A DNA stretch of 64,000 nt from an uncultured Puniceicoccaceae bacterium (GCA_913031135.1 CAJWEH010000001.1:1482-65481); one strand, 5' to 3'; shown: positions 9,949 to 20,739, counted from the stretch's first letter. A program made the numbers and translations. The notes: generated by a model not told the origin, from the sequence alone.

Positions 9949-10704
9949 TTAAGATTTTTTCAACAACCCAATGAGGAACTCTTTGTTGCCATCCGTACCT
10001 TTTATGGGTGAGGGAATGCTTCCTAATAATTCGGAACTTTCTAATTCACTTAAAGAAAATTCAATTATTTCATTAAGGACTCTTTTATGGATTGCTTCAT
10101 CTCTAATAATTCCTTTCCCGGTATCGACTTCATGTTTTTCGGCTTCAAATTGAGGTTTAACAAGTGCGATCAATACGCCATCTGTTTCTAAGAAATTCCA
10201 GGCATTTGGTAGGACTTTTTTTAATGAAATAAATGATAAGTCCATAACGATTCTAGGGTAAGCCTGAAAGGGTAGATCTTCTTTTCTTAAATAGCGTGCG
10301 TTTAATTTTTCTAAGTTTTTTACTCTAGAATCTTGCCTTAGTTTATTGTGTAGTTGTGCTCTTCCAACATCAACACAGGTTGAGTGTATGGCTCCATTCT
10401 GCAAAGCATAATCAGTAAAGCCTCCTGTAGAAGCGCCAATATCTAAGACAGTCTTGCCCTCAAAAGACAGTTTGAAATGTTCAATAAAGCCTTCAAGTTT
10501 TTCTCCGCCTCTACTGACGAATTTTGGTGGCTCTAATAGGCTGATTTCAGAATCAGCAGGAATGGTTTGCCCTGGCTTATCAAGTCTCTGTGTTCCAAGC
10601 ATAACTTTACCTGCTAAAATTACGGCTTTAGCTTGTGATCGACTTGCGACGAGATTTTTTAATACTAGTAATTCATCTAGTCGTATTTTCATTATTTTAG
10701 GCAC
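9949..10704 (-). CDS. tlyA: TlyA-family rRNA 2'-O-methyltransferase (hemolysin A-like)
   Basis: S4-like N-terminus (RLDELLV), FVSRGGEKL, and the SAM motif [12 protein letters not shown]. Confidence 0.85.
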   Translation of the reverse strand: MPKIMKIRLDELLVLKNLVASRSQAKAVILAGKVMLGTQRLDKPGQTIPADSEISLLEPPKFVSRGGEKLEGFIEHFKLSFEGKTVLDIGASTGGFTDYALQNGAIHSTCVDVGRAQLHNKLRQDSRVKNLEKLNARYLRKEDLPFQAYPRIVMDLSFISLKKVLPNAWNFLETDGVLIALVKPQFEAEKHEVDTGKGIIRDEAIHKRVLNEIIEFSLSELESSELLGSIPSPIKGTDGNKEFLIGLLKKS

Positions 10705-10775
10705 TCATAAAATCTGTTCAATTTATATGATTATTTCAAGTGACTTCCACTCTGTTATTTATAATAAGTATATTT

Positions 10776-11615
10776 ATGCCATTTATGGTTAATGAGATCG
10801 ATGTATTAGTTTTTGAAGAGGCTTATTTAAGGCAATTAGCGGAAGACTATGTTTCTGAAATAGGAATTAGGAGTCATTTCCTTAACCTTGATCAAATAAG
10901 ATCTAAGCGGAAGCGGCTAGATGCTTATAAAGAACTGACGGAAAAAGACTTTATCTTTCTTTTAAATCAAGACGGTCTACACATTCAAATGTTGCTCAAA
11001 ACAGCGCTTTGTATTAAGGTGGACTTTTGTTCGCCACAGATACAGTACCGATTAGCTAAAGGTGGAGGTAAATCCCAAATGATTGCTAAAGCGCTTGGTT
11101 TGAAGTCTGTGTTTCGGCCACGAGTTATCGATGCCACAGCAGGTCTTGGCAAAGATGCCTTTGTATTAGCAAGCTTAGGGTGCTTTGTTCAAATGTATGA
11201 ACGGAATCCACTCATTCAGCTTTTGCTCAAGGATGGTATGCGACGGGCTAGACAGAGTCATGATAGTAAACCAAACTCGGAACTGAAAGAGGCGCTCGAG
11301 CGAATGAAACTGAAGCCTTCAGATGTAGTGGAAGTATTCAATCAAGGAATAACTCAGTTTGATGTGCTTTATTTAGATCCAATGTTTCCCCATCCTGATA
11401 GTCGTTCTTTAGTAAAGAAAGATATGCAATTGTTGCAATCTCTGATAGGGGCTGATTCGGATGCTTCAGATGTCTTTAAAAAGGCACAATCATCAGGCAT
11501 TGCTCGGATCGTTGTGAAGCGGCCTAAAAGTGCGCCTTATCTTATGGATAAAAAGCCCGATCATTCCTTTGTCGGTAAGCGTAATCGTTTTGATATTTAC
11601 CATTCTACTGCTTAA
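10776..11615 (+). CDS. rsmJ: 16S rRNA m2G1516 methyltransferase RsmJ-like
   Basis: VIDATAGLGKDAFVLASLGC, YLDPMFPH and VVKRP blocks match E. coli RsmJ as I recall it. Start trimmed from the GTG at 10740 to the ATG at 10776. The exact start is uncertain. Confidence 0.75.
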   Translation: MPFMVNEIDVLVFEEAYLRQLAEDYVSEIGIRSHFLNLDQIRSKRKRLDAYKELTEKDFIFLLNQDGLHIQMLLKTALCIKVDFCSPQIQYRLAKGGGKSQMIAKALGLKSVFRPRVIDATAGLGKDAFVLASLGCFVQMYERNPLIQLLLKDGMRRARQSHDSKPNSELKEALERMKLKPSDVVEVFNQGITQFDVLYLDPMFPHPDSRSLVKKDMQLLQSLIGADSDASDVFKKAQSSGIARIVVKRPKSAPYLMDKKPDHSFVGKRNRFDIYHSTA

Positions 11616-11664
11616 GGTTTTTAGGGGTTGTTATTTTTAAGCTTTTTGATGCATTAACTATATT

Positions 11665-12777
11665 ATGGATTCAAGATACAAACAGTTAGCAGATGTGTTA
11701 GTTCAATTTTCAATTCAATTGAAAAAGGGCGAAAAGGTTTTAATCGATGGATTTGACATCCCTGAGAATATGGTCTTGGCCTTAATTCGGTCGGTACGAA
11801 GCAATGGAGGTATTCCTTTCGTTAATTTGCAGAATGCTAAGGTGAATCGGGAATTGATCCATCATTTAGAGAGCGGTCAATTTGAGTGCCAATCCGATTG
11901 GGAATTGCATCGTATGCAATCGATTGATGCCTATATTGCAGTTCGTGGTTCCGATAATATTTTTGAAATGTCTGATGTGAATCCGGAGCATTTAGTCAGT
12001 GCGTCTAGAGCCATGAAGGATGTAATGGATCATCGGGTGAATAAGACTAAGTGGGTGATATTGCGCTGGCCGACAAATGCGATGGCTCAACAGGCGATGA
12101 TGAGCAGTGAAGCCTTTGAAGACTTTTTCTTTAAAGTATGCACCCAAGACTTTTCAAAGATGGAAGTCGGGATGAATCGACTGAAGGATTTGATGTCTCA
12201 GACGGATTTGGTTGAAATTAAAGGGCCTGATACCGACTTGAGCTTCTCAATTAAAGGGATCGGTGCAGTAGCTTGTGGAGGTCGAAAAAACATACCAGAT
12301 GGAGAGGTCTTTTCATGCCCTGTCAAAGAGTCCGTGGAAGGGTTTATTCGCTTCAATGCACCTACGGTTTATCGTGGAATTTCCTTTGATAATATTGCTC
12401 TTAAATTTAAAAAGGGCAAAATCGTCGAAGCATCTGGCAGCAATGAAACGGCACTAAATGCCATATTAGATTCTGACCCAGGAGCTCGTTACATCGGGGA
12501 ATTTGCGATTGGATTTAATCCTCTCATCCTTGAGCCCATGCGTGATATTTTATTTGATGAAAAAATTGCTGGTTCATTCCATTTTACTCCAGGGCAAGCT
12601 TATGAAGATACTGATAATGGAAATCGCTCACAGGTGCACTGGGATATGGTTCATATTCAAAGACCTGAGTACGGTGGAGGTTCCATCTATTTTGATGGGA
12701 CTTTAATTCGAGAAGACGGCCTATTCGTTAGTGAAGAGCTTAAGTGTTTAAACCCAGAGGCTTTGCTTAACAACTAA
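11665..12777 (+). CDS. Aminopeptidase, M29 (AmpS/PepS) family
   Basis: 370 aa. N-terminal [23 protein letters not shown] and C-terminal [14 protein letters not shown]...HWDMV, typical of the family. Confidence 0.8.
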   Translation: MDSRYKQLADVLVQFSIQLKKGEKVLIDGFDIPENMVLALIRSVRSNGGIPFVNLQNAKVNRELIHHLESGQFECQSDWELHRMQSIDAYIAVRGSDNIFEMSDVNPEHLVSASRAMKDVMDHRVNKTKWVILRWPTNAMAQQAMMSSEAFEDFFFKVCTQDFSKMEVGMNRLKDLMSQTDLVEIKGPDTDLSFSIKGIGAVACGGRKNIPDGEVFSCPVKESVEGFIRFNAPTVYRGISFDNIALKFKKGKIVEASGSNETALNAILDSDPGARYIGEFAIGFNPLILEPMRDILFDEKIAGSFHFTPGQAYEDTDNGNRSQVHWDMVHIQRPEYGGGSIYFDGTLIREDGLFVSEELKCLNPEALLNN

Positions 12778-12787
12778 TTGCCACTGG

Positions 12788-13537
12788 CTATATTCCAGCT
12801 TCAATGGCTTGGTTCTGTATTTTTACTAGTGCTTCGATTCCTTTTTGTCCTAGCTTAATGAGTGCGCTTAATTCGTCCTCAGAGTAGGTGGCTTCTTCGC
12901 CTGAACTTTGTACTTCAACAAATTTATTAGAGCCAGTCATAACGATATTTGCATCGACAGTTGCATCTTTGTCTTCTTCGTAATTCAAGTCTAATATTGG
13001 CGTTCCATTGTAAATTCCTGCTGATATAGCTGCGACTGAATCAGTGAATGGGTTCTCCTTTAATTCATTGCTTTTTAATAATTTTTGAACGGCTATTTGT
13101 GCTGCTATATAGGCTCCAGTGATGGATGCCGTTCGAGTGCCGCCATCAGCTTGCAATACATCACAATCAATCCATAAGGTTTTAGGGCCTAATTTTTTTA
13201 AATCTAAGACGGCTCTCAGTGATCGACCAATTAACCTTTGTATCTCAATTGTCCGTCCGTCCGATTTCCCCCTAGAAATGTCTCTTTGCTTGCGATCTAA
13301 TGTGCTGTAGGGAAGCATTGAATATTCTGCGGTGATCCATCCGCCTTCCACATTTTGGGCACGCATCCAACCAGGTACTTTATTTTCTATTGTACAGGCG
13401 CAAATGACCTGTGTACTTCCAAAAGAAAAGAGAACCGATCCAAGTGCGTTGGGCGCAATATTTATTTTGTATGCTATGGGTCTCATGGAATCATTGGCTC
13501 TATTTCCGATTCTAGGGGTGGATGCTTGATCTTTCAT
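12788..13537 (-). CDS. rph: Ribonuclease PH
   Basis: GSVLFSFGSTQVICA, GRTIEIQRLIGRSLR and DCDVLQADGGTRTASITGA. Confidence 0.9.
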   Translation of the reverse strand: MKDQASTPRIGNRANDSMRPIAYKINIAPNALGSVLFSFGSTQVICACTIENKVPGWMRAQNVEGGWITAEYSMLPYSTLDRKQRDISRGKSDGRTIEIQRLIGRSLRAVLDLKKLGPKTLWIDCDVLQADGGTRTASITGAYIAAQIAVQKLLKSNELKENPFTDSVAAISAGIYNGTPILDLNYEEDKDATVDANIVMTGSNKFVEVQSSGEEATYSEDELSALIKLGQKGIEALVKIQNQAIEAGI

Positions 13538-13624
13538 AATTGGCTAGGAATTTTTAATATAAGGAATTTTTTAATTGAGTTCAGTTTGACAACTTAGTGA
13601 TAATATTTGCAACTCTGAAAAATT

Positions 13625-14476
13625 ATGAATGAACTGGTTCCTACAGAAACTTGGAAAATCGCTGCCTTTTATCACTTTGCAGAATTTTTGGATTATGAGC
13701 AATTTGCAGATCTGCTGGTGGAGCATGGTTTAAAGGTTGGGCTCCGAGGTACGATCATTCTTGCAAAAGAGGGAATAAACTCAACGTGCTCGGGAACTGC
13801 CAATGCCATCGATTCTACGATTAGTTTAATCAAATCAGATGCCCGATTTTCCGATATGGAGGTTAAATATTCTTATGCTGAGTTTTGCCCATTTCCTAAG
13901 TTTAAAGTTAAAAAAAAGCCTGAAATTGTAACATTTCGGCAAGAGGGTGCCGATCCTAGAGAAATGGTGGGTACCTACCTTGAACCTGATGAATGGAATG
14001 AGTTGTTAAAGGAATCAGGTGTCATTACGATTGATACTCGTAATGATTATGAAGTGAAGGTCGGTCAATTTAAAGGTGCTATTAATCCTAAAACAGATGA
14101 TTTTACGAGTTTTGCAGAATTTGTGGATCAAGAGTTAGCAAAGCATAAGGACCATAAAATCGCCATGTATTGCACGGGGGGTATTCGCTGTGAACGATCA
14201 ACTGCTTATTTAAAGAAAAAAGGCTTTAAAAATGTCTACCATTTGAAAGGGGGGATTTTAAAATATTTAGAATCAATGCCTAAGGAAAAAAGTTTATGGC
14301 AGGGTGATTGTTTTGTTTTTGACTATAGAGTTGCCGTTAATCACGATTTAAAGCCAGCACTTTGGAAAATAGACCCTGAATCGAATATGCCTGAACGAAT
14401 GAACCCAAATGAAGTTGAGAAAATTAACGAACGACGTAAGTCGGGAGCGATCTTTAAGAAGCCCCATACTTATTAG
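13625..14476 (+). CDS. trhO: Rhodanese-domain tRNA U34 hydroxylase (YceA/TrhO, UPF0176)
   Basis: FYHF...EGINS N-domain and the rhodanese loop MYCTGGIRCERSTAYLKKKGF, as in E. coli YceA. Confidence 0.8.
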   Translation: MNELVPTETWKIAAFYHFAEFLDYEQFADLLVEHGLKVGLRGTIILAKEGINSTCSGTANAIDSTISLIKSDARFSDMEVKYSYAEFCPFPKFKVKKKPEIVTFRQEGADPREMVGTYLEPDEWNELLKESGVITIDTRNDYEVKVGQFKGAINPKTDDFTSFAEFVDQELAKHKDHKIAMYCTGGIRCERSTAYLKKKGFKNVYHLKGGILKYLESMPKEKSLWQGDCFVFDYRVAVNHDLKPALWKIDPESNMPERMNPNEVEKINERRKSGAIFKKPHTY

Positions 14477-14562
14477 TTGATTGACAGCACTTCATATGCT
14501 CATTTTAGCTTTAATTTGTTGCATTCATTTTTTAAACCATTTCATTTATATATTTACTTTTG

Positions 14563-15165
14563 ATGTCATCTTACCTCAACAAAAACTCAAAAAGCGGTTT
14601 TACCTTGGTTGAATTGTTGGTTGTTTTATCAATAATTGTAATTCTTGCAGGAATCACCTTTGGGGTTGCATCAGGTGTGCAATCGACTCGTTTAAAGTCG
14701 ACGGCTAAAGCAGAATTAACCTTGTTGTCGCAAGGTATCGAGCAGTTTCGTCTAGACAATGGAGATTTTCCTTTAACGAGCAGCCCTGAAGATAATGCGA
14801 TCACACTTTCTAAGTCCCTATTGGGTTGGAAAGCCTTTTTAGGTTCCCCCGCTAAATTTATCGACAAGCGATTATCTCGAGTAGATCCTGCTCCAATGCC
14901 CTATATCCCTGTTTCTAAAATTAATTTTGAAGGTGAACTTCCTGAATCGCCTAGAAAGAAACCCGTCGATGTTCGATTTGTGGACCCTTGGGGGCAGGCT
15001 TATGTCTATGCTTATAAGGAATCCAAAAAGTGGGATAATTACGGATTTGTATTATTTTCAAAAGGTGAAGATGGTGAATCTTCTCCGATCCCTGAAGATG
15101 GAGTCTTGACTCGAGAATTCATGGAACAAGCACAAAACATAGACAATATTTATATAGAACAATAA
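14563..15165 (+). CDS. GspG-like major pseudopilin (prepilin N-terminal cleavage/methylation domain)
   Basis: KSG/FTLVELLVVLSIIVILAGI leader with Glu at +5, and a later DPWGQAYVY...FSKGEDG block like T2SS GspG. ATG at 14563; the track used the TTG at 14560. Confidence 0.75.
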   Translation: MSSYLNKNSKSGFTLVELLVVLSIIVILAGITFGVASGVQSTRLKSTAKAELTLLSQGIEQFRLDNGDFPLTSSPEDNAITLSKSLLGWKAFLGSPAKFIDKRLSRVDPAPMPYIPVSKINFEGELPESPRKKPVDVRFVDPWGQAYVYAYKESKKWDNYGFVLFSKGEDGESSPIPEDGVLTREFMEQAQNIDNIYIEQ

Positions 15166-15170
15166 CCCAT

Positions 15171-15758
15171 ATGAAAAAGAATCGTAACCAAGCATTTACT
15201 CTCGTGGAACTATTGATGGTCGTTGCCATCATTGGTTTGTTAGCAAGTATATTAATTCCGACTGTTGGAACTGTTAGGGAAAAAGCAGCAATCGCTTCAG
15301 GAAAATCTCAGTTGTCTCAATACTTGAATGCCATTCAGCAATTCAAGGGTGAGTATGGCTATTATCCATTCTCTAAAGGGAAAGAAGATTACATCATTCC
15401 TTTATCTGATCCTACGGTAGCTCGCTTATTTATTGAAACATTATCTGGTAGAGATACAGAAACAGGGCAATCAAAAGCGGTTGGCGGGAACCGCAAGCGC
15501 ATTGCGTTTCACGATTTTTCTGAAAATGAGCTTTATTTAGGGGATGATGACCTAACGGTATTTTCACAAGTAGCGGATAGCTTTAATAATAGAAACATTA
15601 TTATTATGGTGGACGGAAATGGGGATGGGTTTCTTTCGCCTGAGCCAGCCTCTACCTTTCCAGCTCCTCCAGAGCAAAAACTTAGAGAATCGATTACTGC
15701 TTGGGTTGAGTCAGATGACATCAATGATGTACCGGCATATGCCCTTTGGGAAAATTAA
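15171..15758 (+). CDS. Prepilin-type N-terminal domain protein (pseudopilin 2)
   Basis: NQA/FTLVELLMVVAIIGLLASI. It starts 5 nt after the previous gene. Confidence 0.7.
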   Translation: MKKNRNQAFTLVELLMVVAIIGLLASILIPTVGTVREKAAIASGKSQLSQYLNAIQQFKGEYGYYPFSKGKEDYIIPLSDPTVARLFIETLSGRDTETGQSKAVGGNRKRIAFHDFSENELYLGDDDLTVFSQVADSFNNRNIIIMVDGNGDGFLSPEPASTFPAPPEQKLRESITAWVESDDINDVPAYALWEN

Positions 15759-15788
15759 TCTAGCCGTTCTTATTAAAATCAGTTATTA

Positions 15789-16499
15789 ATGGTACGTCGT
15801 AATTACAGCAAGGCATTTACTTTAGTAGAATTATTGATTGTTTTGAGCTTAGTGATGGTTGCTTCATCCGTCATTGTCTTGAGTACTGGCAGTGGTGATG
15901 GGGTGTCGCTGAAGTCTTCACAGAGGATTATTTCTAGTGTTGCACAAGGTGCAAGGGGCCAAGCCATTTTAAAACAAGCTAAATCACGCCTTATTATTTA
16001 TGCGGATAGAAGTCCAAAGTCTGAAGAAGAAAAATACCTTCGATTTGTTGGTATCATCACTCAAGATGAAAACAATCCTAAAAAATGGGTAGCAGCAACT
16101 AAGGGAACACGTCTGCCTAAAGGAATTTATTTTAATCCAAAGGCTTCAGAATTGATTAGTGGTAATAGCAAGCCTTTTAAACAAATGAAATTGCAGTATC
16201 CGAGAATCAATTCTCAAACAGAAGGTGTCGGTGAATCCTACTATTATTATGAATTTAATACCAATGGTACGATTGCTAAGAAATTCGAGAACGCTTGGTT
16301 AATAATATCTGCTGGGATCTTAAGGCCTGATGATAAGGGTATTATGTCTGTCGATTTTGAGGATCCAAAAAAAGAAGGGCTCAAGTCTGGCTTAATCTTT
16401 CGGAAAGTTGGAACGACAACTTTGGTTTCAGATGCTGTTCAAATAGATTTTATGATAAATAAAGCTCTTAAAAGCCGATCTAAAAATACTACAAAGTAA
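15789..16499 (+). CDS. Prepilin-type N-terminal domain protein (pseudopilin 3; position and size are GspH-like)
   Basis: SKA/FTLVELLIVLSLV leader. The remainder is not recognisable. Confidence 0.65.
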   Translation: MVRRNYSKAFTLVELLIVLSLVMVASSVIVLSTGSGDGVSLKSSQRIISSVAQGARGQAILKQAKSRLIIYADRSPKSEEEKYLRFVGIITQDENNPKKWVAATKGTRLPKGIYFNPKASELISGNSKPFKQMKLQYPRINSQTEGVGESYYYYEFNTNGTIAKKFENAWLIISAGILRPDDKGIMSVDFEDPKKEGLKSGLIFRKVGTTTLVSDAVQIDFMINKALKSRSKNTTK

Positions 16500-16511
16500 C
16501 TGGTAATTATT

Positions 16512-17159
16512 ATGACATTCGACTCTAGAGATAAAGGATTCAGTTTAATTGAGGTTGTTCTTGCAATTGGAATCTTTTTGGTGACCGTGCTCGTTCTTGT
16601 TGGTATGTTAGGACCAACGCTTGAATCAGTGGAAGAGGTTGATAAAACAGACGAAATTGTATCCGTTATTGATTCTGTTTCGGCATTTTTAAACGGAGGA
16701 TCCGATTTTGGGCAGAATGTTGCTTCATTTGATATCATTTATGAAACGATTTTAACAGGTGGGTATTCTACAATTTATGTCTATCGCTCCTATTTATCAG
16801 CTAATTCATCAGATGTAAAATTGTCAGTGGGCTTTTCACCTAGCGAGCGCACTTCAACCCAAAGAATCAGTACTCGCAGTCGTGCCTTTGATTTTAAAAA
16901 TGCTGCCGGTCGTATTTACCGTTGTGTGCTCACGGTTAAACCATTATTGCCAAAAGGAAATTATAAAGATAGAGGTCGAAGAGCATTTCCCCGCTATATA
17001 CTGACTAATAAAATTAATGAATTTAATGAAGGGTATTTGCCAATAGAAGTGGCTATTTATGCAGAAAACCCTGGACCTTCTTTTAGTGATCGAATTTCAA
17101 TTCGAGATTTGTCATTAAAAGAGCCTGATTACGTATTTAACACCGCCATATCTCGATGA
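16512..17159 (+). CDS. Prepilin-type N-terminal domain protein (pseudopilin 4; leader is GspI-like)
   Basis: DKG/FSLIEVVLAIGIFLV leader. Confidence 0.6.
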   Translation: MTFDSRDKGFSLIEVVLAIGIFLVTVLVLVGMLGPTLESVEEVDKTDEIVSVIDSVSAFLNGGSDFGQNVASFDIIYETILTGGYSTIYVYRSYLSANSSDVKLSVGFSPSERTSTQRISTRSRAFDFKNAAGRIYRCVLTVKPLLPKGNYKDRGRRAFPRYILTNKINEFNEGYLPIEVAIYAENPGPSFSDRISIRDLSLKEPDYVFNTAISR

Positions 17160-18049
17160 TTTTCAAGCAAAAAAAGAGAGGTTTCACCCTTATTGAAATT
17201 ATGATCGCTACGGTGATTATGGTCTTAATGGTCGGACTTGTTATTCAAATTACGAGTGAAGTGCTTAAAGCATGGAGCCGTTCATCTGGAAAGCTTTCCG
17301 CTGCTGCTGAAGCGAGAGTCGCACTCGAGATATTATCTGCAGATCTTGAGGGAGCTGTTATGCAGAATGATGGACTAGAATGGCTTCGTTCAGAAAGTGA
17401 GCCGATTGCTGGACCGTCAAAGTCGTCCACGGTCGCATTAAGGCTTTTTACTGCGTTGAGAAATAAACCTCAAAATGCAGACGGTAGTACCCGTCAAGGA
17501 GACATAGCTGCAGTCGCCTACGATCTCGAATATGTGAATCCAGTCGATGGATCTAGTAGGGGAGAAAAGACTTTTGTTTTGTATCGATTAGAGGTGGATC
17601 CTTTGAAGACATTTAATACACTATTGAATCCAGAGTTTCGTCAAACATTGCCGGATAAACGTGCTAAGAAATGGGGGCAAAAAAATTCAATCAAAGGTGA
17701 GAACGGTGAAAATTATTTAGTGTCTAATATTGTTGATTTTCGTATCGATTTTTATGTTGAGGATGATGGGAATCAAGCGACACCGACCTTATACTACCGT
17801 CGTTCATTAAGGAATCCTAATAGATCCGTTATTTACGGGGGAGAAATGGCTACAGTTGGACCTCAAGCAACTGTAACGCATTATCAAAATGCACTCTCTT
17901 ATGCAGAAATTAAGCTAACCGTGCTGTCTGATGAGGGTGTTAGTATAATGCAAAATATTGACAAAAGACCAGAGTCACCGAGCGATGTGATTCGTGAATA
18001 TTCTCAGGTATTTGTTCGAAGAGTCCAATTCCCAACTAAGCCTTTATAG
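17156..18049 (+). CDS. Prepilin-type N-terminal domain protein (pseudopilin 5, GspJ/PulJ-like)
   Basis: KRG/FTLIEIMIATVIMVL leader followed by EARVALEILSADLEGA, as in PulJ-type proteins. ATGA overlap with the previous gene. Confidence 0.65.
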   Translation: MIFKQKKRGFTLIEIMIATVIMVLMVGLVIQITSEVLKAWSRSSGKLSAAAEARVALEILSADLEGAVMQNDGLEWLRSESEPIAGPSKSSTVALRLFTALRNKPQNADGSTRQGDIAAVAYDLEYVNPVDGSSRGEKTFVLYRLEVDPLKTFNTLLNPEFRQTLPDKRAKKWGQKNSIKGENGENYLVSNIVDFRIDFYVEDDGNQATPTLYYRRSLRNPNRSVIYGGEMATVGPQATVTHYQNALSYAEIKLTVLSDEGVSIMQNIDKRPESPSDVIREYSQVFVRRVQFPTKPL

Positions 18050-18072
18050 AACAATTAAATAAAGGCTTTTTA
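18038..18072 (+). terminator. Candidate intrinsic terminator of the pseudopilin operon
   Basis: 10-bp stem AAGCCTTTAT (18038-18047) / ATAAAGGCTT (18059-18068) with an 11-nt loop, then TTTA. The left arm overlaps the stop codon. The stem is AT-rich, so it is weak. Confidence 0.45.
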
Positions 18073-20718
18073 AATCTCAAAGCTCGAGAGGATATCTTTG
18101 AATGCTTGATTTTGAGGAGCTCCGCCCATAGCAAAATTATTTTTTCCTCCACCTTTTCCGTCGAGTAACTGACAGACGGCTTGAACGATGTTCCCGGCGT
18201 GGAAGCCTTGCTCAACGGCTTCACTAGAAACGGAAGCACAAATTTGAATTTTACCCTTTAATTCTGCAGCTAAAAGCACCAATCCAGCATTTAGCTCTGG
18301 AAGCAATTGATTTGCTAAGGTTTTTAAGCCTTCGCTAGTTTCTACATTAACAACACTTTTTATGTATTCTGAACCAGAAGCCGTTTTCTGTTTTGTCTTG
18401 ATTAAACCAGCTACTTGATTGGTTAAGGCTGTTTGTTGATAAGCTTTAATTGTTTTTTCTAGCTCTTTATTTTGTTCTAATACATGTGAGATACGATCTA
18501 GTAAGTCTTCAGGTGTACATTTTAAGACACTGGATAATGCATGAACATTAGCAAAAGTCTCAGAGATGTGCATAAAGGCTGATTGACCGCAAATCGCTTC
18601 TATGCGCCTAACGCCTGAAGCAATACCAGATTCGGATTTAATTTTAAATAAACCAATTTCACCAACTGCCTTCACATGTGTTCCTCCACACAACTCTTTT
18701 GAATAGCCGCCAATATCTACAACTCGTACTTGTTCACCATATTTTTCCCCAAAGACAGCGACCACATCATTAGGTTTGTCTTGAAAGGTGATTTCATAGG
18801 AAGAAACGGGGGCATTTTCCAAAATCTTTTGATTAATCGATGCCTCTATACTAGCTAGTTGCTCTGATGTTATCGCTTCAAAATGCCTAAAATCAAAGCG
18901 CAAACGATTGTCTTCAACGAGTGATCCTGCCTGATGGATATGGTTTCCTAAATGTGTTCTTAGCGCCCAATTCAAAAGGTGAGTGGCGGAATGGTGCCTC
19001 TGGATCGCTTGTCTCCTTGTATGGTCTATTTTAAGGGAGACAGTTCCTGTTAAGGTAGATTGTGTTTCAACAATGTGTAAAAAGACTCCATTTTTAACCT
19101 GAGTGTCTAAGATCGTATGCGTTTCATTTGAACTTGTCGTAAGGGTTCCCGTATCACCGATTTGACCTCCCATTTCACCGTAAAATAAGGTTTTGTCTAA
19201 AATAACGGCGACCGATTTGTCATCAATTTTTTGAACATCTAAGATCGTTGCTTCCAAAGTGTCGGTCGATAAGTCATAGCCTTCAAAAACTGTTTGGTTC
19301 ATTGAAGTGTCTTCTGTTGCAATGATGACTTCTTTCTTTTGTGACGATCGAGCACGTTCCTTTTGTTGTTCCATGCAGGCTTCAAAGGCGGATTGATCGA
19401 TTGAAATTTTTCGTTCATTTGCGATCAATGCAGTGAGGTCAAAGGGGAATCCATAGGTGTCATAGAGCAAGAACGATTCTTTGCCCGTGATTGATCCTTT
19501 TGCGCTCATTTTATCAAATAATTGTAAGCCACGTTCAAGAGTCTTATTAAAAGACGCTTCTTCATTTGAAATAACTTTTTTGATGGTCTTGGCTTGTTCT
19601 TTGAGTTCAGGAAAAGCAGGACCCATTTTTTCGATGACTGTATCACAAAGCTCTTTGAAAAACCCTGGAGCTAGATCCAATTTTCTTCCAAATAAAATTG
19701 CGCGCCTCAAGATACGTCTTAGAACATAATTTCTCCCTTCATTTCCAGGGATGATGCCATCTGCGATAGAAAAACTTAAAGTTCTAATGTGGTCAGCTAT
19801 TACCCGAAAGGCACAATCAATCTCTTCTTGATTGTTTTTAAAAATATGGCTTTCGGGCATCGTAAAGCCATAATGATGACTGGTTAAAGATTCTATTTTT
19901 TTAAAGATAACATTGAAGAGATCACTGTTATAGTTGCTAGGGGGATTAGAAAAGTCTGTGAAGTTCTTTGTTGTAGCAAGGATTCCAGCTATTCTCTCGA
20001 AGCCCATACCAGTATCAACATGGCAAGCTGGAAGTGGTTTGAAGTCTCCATCAACCGTCGCATTTAATTGGATGAAGACTAAATTCCAAATTTCAATGCA
20101 CCATGGAGAATCTAAATTAACGAGGGCACCTTTTGAATCCCCCTTAGGAGTCAGGTCGATGTGAAGCTCTGAACAAGGGCCGCAGGGTCCAGTATCTCCC
20201 ATCATCCAAAAATTATCTTTTTTATTACCAAACTGTATGTGGATTTTCGGATCGAGTCCCTCTGCCTCAAAGATACTCTGCCAATAATCAAATGCCTCTT
20301 GGTCGAATTCAGAGGGTTCGCCTTTTTCTGGTTTGTAAACTGTTGCATACAGGCGTTCTTTAGGAAAATTCCATTCCTTAGTCAACAGTTCCCAAGACCA
20401 TTCAATTGCTTCCTTTTTGAAGTAGTCACCGATTGACCAGTTGCCAAGCATTTCAAAGAAAGTGTGATGGTAAGTGTCAAATCCAACATCTTCTAAATCA
20501 TTATGTTTGCCTCCTGCTCGTATACATTTCTGAGAGTTGGCAATTCGCTTGTAAGGAGCTGGCAACTCATTCAAGAAGTAGGGGACAAATTGATTCATCC
20601 CTGCATTCGTAAAGAGTAAGTTTGGGGCGGTTGGCATTAATGAAGCAGAAGGAACCGAGGTGTGTCCCTTTTTTTCAAAGAACTGTATGAATGAGTCTCT
20701 TACTGCTTCAGAATTCAT
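18070..20718 (-). CDS. alaS: Alanyl-tRNA synthetase
   Basis: 882 aa. FTNAGMNQF, the WNLVFIQ class II core, the HSATHLL editing-domain motif and a C-terminal DHHA1-like region. Confidence 0.95.
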   Translation of the reverse strand: MNSEAVRDSFIQFFEKKGHTSVPSASLMPTAPNLLFTNAGMNQFVPYFLNELPAPYKRIANSQKCIRAGGKHNDLEDVGFDTYHHTFFEMLGNWSIGDYFKKEAIEWSWELLTKEWNFPKERLYATVYKPEKGEPSEFDQEAFDYWQSIFEAEGLDPKIHIQFGNKKDNFWMMGDTGPCGPCSELHIDLTPKGDSKGALVNLDSPWCIEIWNLVFIQLNATVDGDFKPLPACHVDTGMGFERIAGILATTKNFTDFSNPPSNYNSDLFNVIFKKIESLTSHHYGFTMPESHIFKNNQEEIDCAFRVIADHIRTLSFSIADGIIPGNEGRNYVLRRILRRAILFGRKLDLAPGFFKELCDTVIEKMGPAFPELKEQAKTIKKVISNEEASFNKTLERGLQLFDKMSAKGSITGKESFLLYDTYGFPFDLTALIANERKISIDQSAFEACMEQQKERARSSQKKEVIIATEDTSMNQTVFEGYDLSTDTLEATILDVQKIDDKSVAVILDKTLFYGEMGGQIGDTGTLTTSSNETHTILDTQVKNGVFLHIVETQSTLTGTVSLKIDHTRRQAIQRHHSATHLLNWALRTHLGNHIHQAGSLVEDNRLRFDFRHFEAITSEQLASIEASINQKILENAPVSSYEITFQDKPNDVVAVFGEKYGEQVRVVDIGGYSKELCGGTHVKAVGEIGLFKIKSESGIASGVRRIEAICGQSAFMHISETFANVHALSSVLKCTPEDLLDRISHVLEQNKELEKTIKAYQQTALTNQVAGLIKTKQKTASGSEYIKSVVNVETSEGLKTLANQLLPELNAGLVLLAAELKGKIQICASVSSEAVEQGFHAGNIVQAVCQLLDGKGGGKNNFAMGGAPQNQAFKDILSSFEI

Positions 20719-20739
20719 AAATGGGTCGATTGATAGAGT

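Noticed and set aside
13546-13571. Tandem AGGAATTTTT copies (13546-13555, 13562-13571) in the rph/trhO divergent region
   Set aside because: This is a low-complexity AT-rich repeat that is easily produced by chance or slippage. It has no palindromic character and no link to a known operator.
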